From NCBI GenBank assembly GCA_965214755.1, contig OZ243979.1:3669022-3733021 (forward strand): DNA of 64,000 nt, in the 5' to 3' direction. The position numbers and the translations under genes were made by a program. Positions 1 through 8,018 of the stretch are shown here, piece after piece. The DNA is from an uncultured Candidatus Binatia bacterium (lineage in GTDB: Bacteria > Desulfobacterota > Binatia > Bin18). The notes beneath the pieces were generated by a model. It did no database searches. It saw only the letters and a program-made list of their open reading frames with translations, and had not been told where the DNA came from. The first letter of the stretch is position 1, and each line of letters opens with the position of its first letter.

Positions 1-566
1 TGGAAGGGATAGGCGACTTTGCGCCAGGAACGACACCGACCGTTTTTGCTCTTCCCTTAAAGCGTCAACCTGTCCTCCCCTCGGACGGCAAAGCTATGGA
101 TGCTGACTCTTTTGAGACCTTCGGCGTGCTCATCTGCTATGAGGGCGTTTTTCCTGACCTCGCGCGTCGCTTCGTTCATAATGGCGCGCGGCTGCTGATC
201 AATGTGACCAATGATGCCTGGTTTGGAGAGACCTCGGCCCCCTATCAACATCTAGCCATGGAGGCCATGCGGGCCGTCGAGAATCGCGTTCCCCTAGTGC
301 GGTCCGCAAATACCGGGATTTCAGCTATTGTGAATATCGATGGACAGATTCAGGCCCAAACAGCGCTCCTGGAGACCACCTTTATTGCCGACCAGCTTGT
401 CTGGCCCCACGTGACCTCTTTCTATACCCGGTACGGTGATTGGTTCGTGACGTTGTGCGTCGTCGGGACGCTCGTTATGCTAAGCTACGCAGGGATAATT
501 GTATTATTCGTAAAGCGAAACGGAGGAGGCGGAGATGCTGGCAGAAATCAGAGAAAAACTAAATGA
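1..566 (+). CDS. lnt: Apolipoprotein N-acyltransferase, C-terminal part (5' partial; CN-hydrolase domain)
   Basis: Reading frame is open from position 3 to the stop at 566; translation ...VLICYEGVFPDLARR...NVTNDAWFGETSAPYQHL... matches the Lnt nitrilase-like domain; a TM-like C-terminal stretch follows. Confidence 0.6.
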   Translation, partial: EGIGDFAPGTTPTVFALPLKRQPVLPSDGKAMDADSFETFGVLICYEGVFPDLARRFVHNGARLLINVTNDAWFGETSAPYQHLAMEAMRAVENRVPLVRSANTGISAIVNIDGQIQAQTALLETTFIADQLVWPHVTSFYTRYGDWFVTLCVVGTLVMLSYAGIIVLFVKRNGGGGDAGRNQRKTK

Positions 567-1639
567 GTTGAGCGCACGCATTGAGAGTCTTGGGAGGCAT
601 CTTTGACATCCCGGACAAAGAAGCCCGTGCCGCAGCACTGGAAGAACAAACGCTGGCCGACGGATTCTGGCAAGATCAGGAAAAGGCGCAAGCCATCCTC
701 AAGGAGCGAGCAAGCCTACTCGACACGGTAACGGAGTGGAAAAAGCAGACCCAGGCCGCATCTGACGCGCTGATCTTTCTGGAACTGGCCGAAGCCGGAG
801 ACGCCGAGGCGGTTGAAGAAGTCGAGCGGGCGGTGCCCGAGCTTGAGGCGACCGTGAGTCGGGCGGAGTTGCAGCGGATGCTGGGCGGAGAACACGATGC
901 GCAGAGTGCCATCGTCAGTCTCCATCCTGGTGCGGGTGGTCTTGAGGCCCAGGACTGGGCCGATATGCTCCTCCGACTCTATCTGCGCTGGGCGGAACGA
1001 CGCAGCTATGGCGTAGAGATGGCCGAACACCTGCCTGGTGAGGGTGGTGGCGTAAAAAGTGCCACCTTTACCGTTGAGGGGGCCTACGCTTACGGCTATC
1101 TGCGGGCAGAGGCGGGCATTCATCGGCTCGTTCGGATTTCGCCGTTTGATGCCAATGCCCGGCGACATACCTCCTTTGCCTCTGTCTTTGTCTACCCGGA
1201 TATTGATGAGGCTGTCGAGGTCGATATCCGGCCTGAGGATTTGCGCGTTGATACCTACCGAGCCAGTGGAGCCGGGGGACAGCACGTCAACAAAACCGAC
1301 TCAGCGATTCGTCTGACCCACCTCCCGAGTGGGATTGTCGTGGCGTGTCAGAACGAGCGCTCCCAACATCGGAATCGAACCATGGCGATGAAAATTCTCC
1401 GTGCCCGTTTATACGAGTTGGAGATGGAGAAGCAAAAGGAGAAGATGGAGGGTCTGCATAAAAGCAAAAAGGATATTGCCTGGGGGAGTCAGATCCGCTC
1501 GTACGTCCTCCATCCCTACCGAATGGTCAAAGACCATCGCACCGGCGTGGAGGTCGGGAACGCCGACGCGGTTCTGGATGGCGATATCGATCAGTTTATT
1601 GAAGCCTATCTGCTCCAACAATCGACGGCAGCCGAGTAA
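535..1639 (+). CDS. prfB: Peptide chain release factor 2, with programmed +1 frameshift (535..603 joined to 605..1639)
   Basis: ATG at 535 gives MLAEIREKLNELSARIESLGRHL, then CTT TGA C at 601-607 preceded by GGGAGG; the +1 frame continues DIPDKEARAAALEEQ...SPFDANARRHTSFASVFVYP...GAGGQHVNKTDSAIRLTH (GGQ motif); colinear with E. coli RF2. Confidence 0.9.
592..607 (+). other. prfB programmed +1 ribosomal frameshift site (internal SD GGGAGG + CUU UGA C)
   Basis: GGGAGG at 592-597, 3-nt spacer, CTT(601-603) TGA(604-606) C(607); the downstream ORF is in the +1 frame. Confidence 0.85.
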
Positions 1640-1729
1640 CGGTCTCGACCGTTCTTGGTCCGTGAACCGGGTCACGAGACCAGCGCAATCTCTTGGCAAT
1701 CATCTGGGAAGCAGGTACACTCCTGCGAC

Positions 1730-1783
1730 AAAGAGGAAACGTGTCCACCAATCAGGCACAGAGGCTGGATACGTTTCCTCTTT
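1730..1783. repeat. Palindromic repeat element copy 1 (family consensus AAAGAGTAAACGTGTCC-N20-GGACACGTTTACTCTTT)
   Basis: aaagaggaaacgtgtccacc...ggatacgtttcctcttt; the two arms are complementary with compensatory changes; intergenic between prfB and the next gene. Confidence 0.8.
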
Positions 1784-1817
1784 CTGTCCTTGCCTGAGAC
1801 CAAGGGGTAAGCGCCTC

Positions 1818-1871
1818 AAAGAGTAAACGTGCTCTCCAACAGGCATGAGATGCTGAGCACATTCACTCTTT
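1818..1871. repeat. Palindromic repeat element copy 2 (tandem with copy 1)
   Basis: aaagagtaaacgtgctctcc...gagcacattcactcttt. Confidence 0.8.
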
Positions 1872-1885
1872 ACTAGGGGGAGACC

Positions 1886-2803
1886 ATGAACGCGCTGACG
1901 ATTGAACGAATTCCAGAACTGAACGATCCCGTCCTGATTGTCGCCTTTGCCGGCTGGAACGATGCTGGCAGTGCGGCGACGCATGCCACGCAATTCCTTA
2001 TCAAACGACTCCAGGCACGGCGTTTCGCGAAGATCGATCCTGAAGAATTTTATAATTTCAGTGAGGTCCGTCCCCACGTGCGTCTGCGAGATGGACTCTA
2101 CCGCGAGATTCGCTGGCCGGCCAACGAGTTCTTTGCGAGTAGTGCAGAGCAGCTCAAACGCAGCATGGTCCTTGGTCTGGGCATTGAGCCGCATCTCCGC
2201 TGGAAGGCGTATTCAGCGGCCTGCCTGGAGGTTGCCAAGCAATGCGGAGTACGCTTGGTGATTACCCTGGGTGCGCTCTTGGCCGATGTTGCCTACTCCA
2301 GACCGGTGCGCGTGGTCGGATTTAGCAGCGATCCCGATATTGCGACGCAACTCCAACTCACTCCGTCCCGTTACGAGGGCCCAACGGGCATCGTCGGGGT
2401 GCTGAACGATGCCTGCCGGCAGGCTGGACTGACGTCCATCAGTTTCTGGGCCAACGTGCCGCACTATATTTCCGCGTCTCCAAACCCCAAGGCGGCCCTG
2501 GCCCTCGTTAGCCGTCTCGAGTCCTTTCTCCACTTCGCCCTGGATACGACCGAGCTGGTGACCGGCGCGGCGGAGTTCGACGCCCAGGTCGCAAAGGCGA
2601 TTGCCGAGAATCCCAACCTGGCCGCCTATGTCAAGCGCCTGGAAGAACAGGAGCAGGAAGAGGGGCTGGAAATGGAGACGGCTGCTCAGGACAAAGCCGG
2701 CAACGGACACGGCAACGGCAATGGGCATGCCAATGGCAAAGATATGGCCGAAGAACTCCAGCGCTTTTTGCAGCAGCGTAAGGACCGCAAAGATGACGAG
2801 TAA
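1886..2803 (+). CDS. PAC2-family (proteasome assembly chaperone-like) protein with a C-terminal GNGH low-complexity tail
   Basis: 305 aa; LIVAFAGWNDAGSAATHA motif typical of the PAC2/DUF75 family; C-terminal GNGHGNGNGHANG encoded by a short tandem nucleotide repeat. Confidence 0.5.
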   Translation: MNALTIERIPELNDPVLIVAFAGWNDAGSAATHATQFLIKRLQARRFAKIDPEEFYNFSEVRPHVRLRDGLYREIRWPANEFFASSAEQLKRSMVLGLGIEPHLRWKAYSAACLEVAKQCGVRLVITLGALLADVAYSRPVRVVGFSSDPDIATQLQLTPSRYEGPTGIVGVLNDACRQAGLTSISFWANVPHYISASPNPKAALALVSRLESFLHFALDTTELVTGAAEFDAQVAKAIAENPNLAAYVKRLEEQEQEEGLEMETAAQDKAGNGHGNGNGHANGKDMAEELQRFLQQRKDRKDDE

Positions 2804-4307
2804 AACCCGGTCCGATCCGGACAAGTCCGTCTATCTGGTGAATCTGGGCTGTCCCAAAAATCTGGTGGATGGCGAGGTCATGCTCGGCCTGCTGGCGGAG
2901 GCGGGCTATACGCTGAGCCTTGACCCGGAACAGGCCGGGGTCCTGATGGTCAATACGTGCAGCTTTATTGATGAGGCCAAGGAAGAGTCGATTGAGACGA
3001 TCCTGGACCTGGCGGCCTATAAGGCGACGAAGACAAAGCGGAAACGTGTCCTCCAATCATCCAAAAAAGCTGGACACGTTTCCGCTTTCGAGAAACAGCT
3101 CATCGTGACCGGTTGTCTGGCCCAGCGCTACGGCCAAGAGCTGCGCGAAGTATTGCCCGAAGTGGACGTTTTTGTAGGAACGGGCGAGTTTCTGCGGATC
3201 ACCGAGATATTGGCACAGAAGCGGCGCGCGCTTGAAAAGCGGGAACGTGTCCTCCAATCATCCAAAAAGGCTGGACACGCTTCCTCTTTTGGCCCCACCC
3301 TGTATCTGGGGGCCTCCCACATCCTGCCGGACCACACCGTTCCGCGTATTCCGACCACCCATTTTTACTCGGCCTATCTCAAGGTTGCCGAGGGCTGCAA
3401 CCATAAATGCGCCTTTTGTATTATTCCGAAAATTCGCGGCTTACAGGAAAGTCGGCCGATCGCCTCTCTCGTGGAGGAGGCCACCGGACTGGTTGCGCAC
3501 GGGGTCAGAGAAATCAATCTCATTGCGCAGGACCTGACCGCCTATGGGCGAGAGCGCCGCGATGGGACAACCCTGCTCGCTCTGCTCAAATCTCTTGTGC
3601 GCGTTGAGGGTCTGGACTGGATTCGGCTGCTGTATTGCTATCCGAATTATCTTGATGAACCCCTGTTGCGTCTCATCGCTGAAGAAGAACGGGTGTGCTC
3701 GTATATTGATATGCCACTCCAGCACATCAGCGACCGGATGTTGAGGCGGATGAAGCGCGAGAAAAGTGGGGACGGCATTCGCCGCGTATTGGACCGGATT
3801 CGAGCCGCTATTCCGGGTGTGGTCTTACGCTCGTCTTTTATTGTTGGCTTTCCCGGTGAGCGGGAGGACGATTTTCAACAACTGAGCGATTTCGTGACCG
3901 AGGCAGCGCTCGACCACGTGGGGGTGTTTCGCTATTCCCAGGAGGAAGGGACGGCCGCGGGCACAATGGCCGACCAGATCAGCGAAGAGATCAAAGAAGA
4001 CCGCTGGCACAGGTTGATGGCCCGCCAGGCCGAGGTCGTGCGTAAAAAAAATATGGCGCTGGTGGGTGAGGAACGAGCGGTACTAGTCTGTGGCCAGGAC
4101 GATCACGACCGTTGGTGGGGACGGACGCAAGGCCAGGCTCCGGATATCGATGGCATCGTCTTCCTGGAACAGTGCCTGGCTGACAGCGGCGATATGATCC
4201 GCACCCGGATTACCGGGGCGTCCGGCTATGACCTGCAAGCTTTATGTCTTCCCGAACAGCCGCTTCAACAGCTCACAGCTCTTGACTTGGCCGCCGCTTC
4301 TCCCTAA
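2793..4307 (+). CDS. rimO: Ribosomal protein S12 methylthiotransferase RimO (MiaB-family radical SAM + TRAM), carrying two in-frame repeat-element insertions
   Basis: MTSKTRSDPDKSVYLVNLGCPKNLVDGEV...CNHKCAFCIIP (radical SAM CxxxCxxC)...TRAM-like C-terminus; about 60 aa longer than typical RimO because of two ~19-aa insertions (KRKRVLQSSKKAGHVSAFE and KRERVLQSSKKAGHASSFG) encoded by repeat copies 3 and 4. Confidence 0.8.
   Translation: MTSKTRSDPDKSVYLVNLGCPKNLVDGEVMLGLLAEAGYTLSLDPEQAGVLMVNTCSFIDEAKEESIETILDLAAYKATKTKRKRVLQSSKKAGHVSAFEKQLIVTGCLAQRYGQELREVLPEVDVFVGTGEFLRITEILAQKRRALEKRERVLQSSKKAGHASSFGPTLYLGASHILPDHTVPRIPTTHFYSAYLKVAEGCNHKCAFCIIPKIRGLQESRPIASLVEEATGLVAHGVREINLIAQDLTAYGRERRDGTTLLALLKSLVRVEGLDWIRLLYCYPNYLDEPLLRLIAEEERVCSYIDMPLQHISDRMLRRMKREKSGDGIRRVLDRIRAAIPGVVLRSSFIVGFPGEREDDFQQLSDFVTEAALDHVGVFRYSQEEGTAAGTMADQISEEIKEDRWHRLMARQAEVVRKKNMALVGEERAVLVCGQDDHDRWWGRTQGQAPDIDGIVFLEQCLADSGDMIRTRITGASGYDLQALCLPEQPLQQLTALDLAAASP
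3035..3089. repeat. Palindromic repeat element copy 3, in-frame inside rimO
   Basis: aaagcggaaacgtgtcctccaatcatccaaaaaagctggacacgtttccgctttc; lies entirely within the rimO reading frame without a stop. Confidence 0.8.
3235..3290. repeat. Palindromic repeat element copy 4, in-frame inside rimO
   Basis: aaaagcgggaacgtgtcctccaatcatccaaaaaggctggacacgcttcctctttt; same orientation and frame as copy 3. Confidence 0.8.
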
Positions 4308-4338
4308 GGTATCTGTCCTTTTTATCTCGACCGTGGTG

Positions 4339-4394
4339 AAAAAGGATAAACGTATCCAGCTTTTTTAGATTATTGGAGGATACGTTTATTCTTT
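4339..4394. repeat. Palindromic repeat element copy 5 (opposite orientation; arms carry a compensatory GTATCC/GGATAC change)
   Basis: aaaaaggataaacgtatccagcttttttagattattggaggatacgtttattcttt; the loop is the reverse complement of the loops in copies 3/4. Confidence 0.8.
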
Positions 4395-4406
4395 GGAGAA
4401 GGTGTC

Positions 4407-4826
4407 ATGAGAAAAACATTCCTCAAAAAAATGCGGACGACGCTCGCCGGCCAAAAACAGCAAATCCTGTTGCAGCTTGACGAAGAAATCCGAGAGGGAA
4501 AAGAGAGTGAGCTGGACGAAGGGATGGATACCTACGATCTCGCCAGCGAGGAGCGCGAACGGGAAATTCATCTGATTCTGAGTGACCGCGATCGGGACAA
4601 ACTGCAAGCCATAGAAAACGCACTGGAGCGGATCGAAGAGGGCGAATACGGCATTTGCGAAGACTGCGAAGAAGAGATCGCCCAAGCCCGTCTCGAAGCC
4701 TTGCCATTCACCAGACTGTGTATTGCCTGCCAAGAGGAACGCGAAAAGGAAGCGCGCTTTCAGCGCCGTATTGATGATGGGGGTGGATTCAGTCGGTCCA
4801 ACCTAGTTGATCTGGACGACGGGTAA
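4407..4826 (+). CDS. dksA: DksA/TraR-family C4 zinc-finger transcription factor
   Basis: 139 aa; acidic coiled-coil with DTYDLA (DxxDxA tip motif) and CEDCEEEI...CIAC zinc finger. Confidence 0.6.
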   Translation: MRKTFLKKMRTTLAGQKQQILLQLDEEIREGKESELDEGMDTYDLASEEREREIHLILSDRDRDKLQAIENALERIEEGEYGICEDCEEEIAQARLEALPFTRLCIACQEEREKEARFQRRIDDGGGFSRSNLVDLDDG

Positions 4827-4903
4827 GATCAGCCTCGCCTTTTTTCTCGGCCCATTCCGGTTGCCCGCACAAGGTGCCCCCTCTGTCGGCCCGCTGTGAT
4901 GAG

Positions 4904-6355
4904 ATGCGACCCGACGACCGACACACGCTGCTCACGGCACTCTTTTGGACGGCCATTGACGCGGTTCATCCGCGCCATCTGATCCCACAGACTGTTACGA
5001 TTGAAAAGGAACGGCTGATCGTTCGGCCACGTTCCCTCTTCGAGACCGCTGGCACGTTGACGCTCGCTCTGACGGGTCGCCTCTTCCTGATTGGGGCAGG
5101 GAAGGGGGCAGGCAGCATGGCCCAGGCGCTGATGTCCGTGCTCGGCCAGAGGAGAGAAAGAGTACGTGTGCCCTCCAACCATACAAAAAAGCAGGCCACG
5201 TGCCCTCTTTTTGGCGGCTGTATCATCATTCCGAGCGAGCAAGCGGTGTCTGAGCTGTCTCTGCCTGGAGTGCGGGTAGTGCAAGGCGAGCATCCCTTGC
5301 CTGGACCGGGCAGTGGGTACGCGACTCAAGCGCTTATGGAGAGCCTCTCCCAGACCCAACCCCACGACCTCGTCCTATTGTGTCTGACCGGCGGGGCTTC
5401 CAGTCTGCTCGTGCGCCCCGCGGTCGGGCTGACACTTTCAGACAAGACCATCACCAATGCTGTTTTATTGGAATGCGGAGCAGACATCCTGGCGCTGAAC
5501 ACCGTACGCAAACACATATCCCAGATAAAGGGCGGCTGGCTCGTGCACCACGCTCAGCCCGCGACTGTGGTCAGTCTGATTCTGTCGGACGTAATCGGTG
5601 ACGATATGAGCGTGATCGGCTCGGGCCCGACCGTCGCCGATCCAACGACGTTTATGGATGCCTGGCGGGTAGTGGAGCATTACGGCATCGCACCGCGGCT
5701 CCCTCAGTCCGTGCGTGCGCATCTGCAGAAAGGAGTCCGTGGAATCAGACCTGAGACGCCAAAACCCGGAGCCCCGATATTCTCTCGCGTCCACAATATA
5801 TTGATTGGGTCGAATCGCTTGGCCTTACAGGCTGTTCGCGAGGCTGCCGCGCACCGGGGGCTGCGCTCCCACCTGATTTCTCAGCCCCTCGCTGGTGACA
5901 CCCTCGTGGCCGGACGCGCTTTTGCCCAGACCCTGCGTACCGTTCGTCAACACTGCTCTGGCCCGACGTGCGTTCTGGCTGGTGGCGAGACAACGGTGCA
6001 GGTCCGGGGCACTGGGAAGGGAGGGCGCAATCAGGAGTTCGCGCTGACTGTCGCCCAAGAGCTCGCCGGGGAAGCCGGGTGGAGCCTGCTGAGTGCGGGA
6101 ACGGACGGCATAGATGGTCCGACCGATGCTGCCGGAGCCTTTGTGAACGGCCAGACGCTGAATCGAGCGCGTCGAAAAAATCTCGATCCCGCTCAATTTC
6201 TGCGCAATAATGACACTTATACTTTCTTTGCTGCTCTCGGTGACGTGTTTCGCCCAGGCCCAACGGGAACAAACGTGATGGACATTAAAATTGCGCTTGT
6301 GTATCCTCCCGGCGCTGAAGAGTGCTCCGGCAAAAAAGAACAGAACAGAGAGTAG
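4904..6355 (+). CDS. Glycerate 2-kinase / hydroxypyruvate reductase-like protein (MOFRL family) with an in-frame repeat-element insertion
   Basis: LIGAGKGAGSMAQAL, DVIGDDMSVIGSGPT, GGETTVQVRGTGKGGRNQEFAL motifs; alternative start at 4874; insertion RRERVRVPSNHTKKQATCPLFGG is encoded by repeat copy 6. Confidence 0.65.
   Translation: MRPDDRHTLLTALFWTAIDAVHPRHLIPQTVTIEKERLIVRPRSLFETAGTLTLALTGRLFLIGAGKGAGSMAQALMSVLGQRRERVRVPSNHTKKQATCPLFGGCIIIPSEQAVSELSLPGVRVVQGEHPLPGPGSGYATQALMESLSQTQPHDLVLLCLTGGASSLLVRPAVGLTLSDKTITNAVLLECGADILALNTVRKHISQIKGGWLVHHAQPATVVSLILSDVIGDDMSVIGSGPTVADPTTFMDAWRVVEHYGIAPRLPQSVRAHLQKGVRGIRPETPKPGAPIFSRVHNILIGSNRLALQAVREAAAHRGLRSHLISQPLAGDTLVAGRAFAQTLRTVRQHCSGPTCVLAGGETTVQVRGTGKGGRNQEFALTVAQELAGEAGWSLLSAGTDGIDGPTDAAGAFVNGQTLNRARRKNLDPAQFLRNNDTYTFFAALGDVFRPGPTGTNVMDIKIALVYPPGAEECSGKKEQNRE
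5155..5212. repeat. Palindromic repeat element copy 6, in-frame inside the glycerate-kinase-like gene
   Basis: agaaagagtacgtgtgccctccaaccatacaaaaaagcaggccacgtgccctcttttt. Confidence 0.75.
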
Positions 6356-6367
6356 AGAGAGTGGGGC

Positions 6368-6718
6368 ATGCCTCGTCGCCTGTTGTTACGCGGAGTGGCG
6401 GCTTTTAATGCGGGCCGCTTCTTCGATGCGCATGAAATCTGGGAAGTGCTCTGGAATGAGACGATTGGCGAAGAGAAACGCTTTGTCCAAGGGCTTGTGC
6501 AGTTGGCTGCCGGCTACCTCAAGCTTTCCAGCGCTCAGTATCCAGGCGCTCTCAAACTGCTCACGCGCGGTTGCCAGACCTTGCAGACCTATCCACCACT
6601 ATATGCCGGAATCCAGGTCAGCCTGCTGTCTGACGCCAGTCTCACCGTTATCCACCAACTGGAAACGGGGAGGACGGATACAGACATTCAGCCCCCGCAA
6701 ATCCAAACTGTTCCATAA
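6368..6718 (+). CDS. DUF309-domain protein
   Basis: FNAGRFFDAHEIWEVLW...QGLVQLAAGYLKL pattern typical of DUF309. Confidence 0.5.
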   Translation: MPRRLLLRGVAAFNAGRFFDAHEIWEVLWNETIGEEKRFVQGLVQLAAGYLKLSSAQYPGALKLLTRGCQTLQTYPPLYAGIQVSLLSDASLTVIHQLETGRTDTDIQPPQIQTVP

Positions 6719-6738
6719 GAACTCTCGATTCTCGTATT

Positions 6739-6762
6739 CTGAATGGGCATTCAGTCAGTTTT
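6739..6762 (+). terminator. Putative rho-independent terminator after the DUF309 gene
   Basis: ctgaatgggcattcag hairpin followed by tcagtttttc T-run. Confidence 0.35.
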
Positions 6763-6764
6763 TC

Positions 6765-6791
6765 TTGACAAAACCCAAGCGTCAATAGTAT
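6765..6791 (+). promoter_or_regulatory. Putative sigma70-like promoter (TTGACA, ~15-nt spacer, TAGTAT) upstream of the kinase gene
   Basis: ttgacaaaacccaagcgtcaatagtat; -35 is perfect, spacing suboptimal. Confidence 0.25.
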
Positions 6792-6840
6792 GACTGTATG
6801 TCTGGACAGTACGAGGATGGAGTGGAAAAGGTTGAGGCCG

Positions 6841-7899
6841 ATGTCCGAAGAAGTCTGCATGGCCGTCTATACTCCCCTTGACCGTAAAGCAGTTAATCGC
6901 CTCGTCAAAGACTATGGATTAGGGCGTTTGTCGACCATTCAGGGCATCTCTGCCGGATCGGTGAACACCCATTATTGCCTTGAGGCAGCGAAGGGAAAAT
7001 TCATTCTACGGATTGATGAGGTCAAAGACACCAGCGACGCGCAACGCGAAATCGACTTCCTGCTCTTTTTGCGTAAACATGGCTTCCCGTGTCCACGGCC
7101 GATGGCCGATAAAAACGGCTCCTATCTTCAGCCCTACGAAAAGAAGGCGGTCTCAATCTATCGCCATCTGTCCGGCAAAGACTTCTCGGCCGCAACGCTC
7201 ACCGATGATCATATAGAAAAGATTGGACAGACCCTGGCCCGACTCCATATCATTGGCCAGGAATATGATACCCCGATCAGAAACCGGTTTGCTTTTGACC
7301 GCGTACGCAGTATTTATCAAAACCTGCGCGGCCGTATTGCGGTCCATCTGAAGCATATCGGCCACGTCCTGGATGATGAAATCGCGCATCAGGAAGAATA
7401 TCGAGAGGAAAAGCTGCCAAAAGGTATGATCCACGGAGACCTCTTTCCTGATAACGTCCTGTTTCGTGGTGGGAGGGTCGTTGGTGTGCTCGACTTTGAA
7501 GCGGCCTGTTTTGGAAAGTTCATTGCTGACCTGGCCACTGCTGTCAACGCTATGTGCTATCACGAGGAGCGCTACCATATTGGCCGGTTCAATGCCCTCC
7601 TTGACGGTTATCAGTCCGAACGTACGCTTTCGCTGGCCGAGTGGGATGCCTTTCCGAATGAACTCCGCTTTTCCGCTTTCCGCTTTACCCTGACCCGGCT
7701 GCGTGATTTCTTCTTTCGCCATATAGATGAAAAACGACGGGTGAATAAGGATTATCGGGAATTCTTTCACCGTCTCAGAATCCTCCGCCGGGAGCGGAGC
7801 GGTGGGATGGACCAGATGCTCCTCACGATGGCAACCGGATATGATTACCGTAAGTATCAAAAGATCCCTGCGGAGGAAAAAGGCGTGAACGCCTCATGA
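6841..7899 (+). CDS. Homoserine kinase type II / aminoglycoside-phosphotransferase-fold kinase
   Basis: MAVYTPLD...; IHGDLFPDNVLF and LDFEAACFGKFIADLA motifs of the APH/ThrB-type-II family; start uncertain (6790, 6841 or 6859). Confidence 0.6.
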   Translation: MSEEVCMAVYTPLDRKAVNRLVKDYGLGRLSTIQGISAGSVNTHYCLEAAKGKFILRIDEVKDTSDAQREIDFLLFLRKHGFPCPRPMADKNGSYLQPYEKKAVSIYRHLSGKDFSAATLTDDHIEKIGQTLARLHIIGQEYDTPIRNRFAFDRVRSIYQNLRGRIAVHLKHIGHVLDDEIAHQEEYREEKLPKGMIHGDLFPDNVLFRGGRVVGVLDFEAACFGKFIADLATAVNAMCYHEERYHIGRFNALLDGYQSERTLSLAEWDAFPNELRFSAFRFTLTRLRDFFFRHIDEKRRVNKDYREFFHRLRILRRERSGGMDQMLLTMATGYDYRKYQKIPAEEKGVNAS

Positions 7900-7917
7900 T
7901 CTGTCCGGTACAGGAAA

Positions 7918-7973
7918 CGAAGAGGAAACGTGTCCAGCTTTTTTGTCTGATTGGAGGACACGTTCACTCTTTG
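7918..7973. repeat. Palindromic repeat element copy 7
   Basis: gaagaggaaacgtgtccagcttttttgtctgattggaggacacgttcactcttt. Confidence 0.8.
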
Positions 7974-8018
7974 CCCACCCCTGCGCCCTGACCGCATTGC
8001 GGAGACATCCAGACCACT

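Noticed and set aside
716-1285. 189-aa minus-strand ORF inside prfB
   Set aside because: Antisense shadow ORF within a strongly supported conserved gene; no recognisable protein features, and high GC inflates spurious ORFs.
2601-2792. Upstream extension of the rimO ORF (ORF track start 2601)
   Set aside because: The extension overlaps the preceding PAC2-like gene in another frame; RimO homology begins at MTSKTRSDPDKSVYLVNLGCP (ATG 2793).
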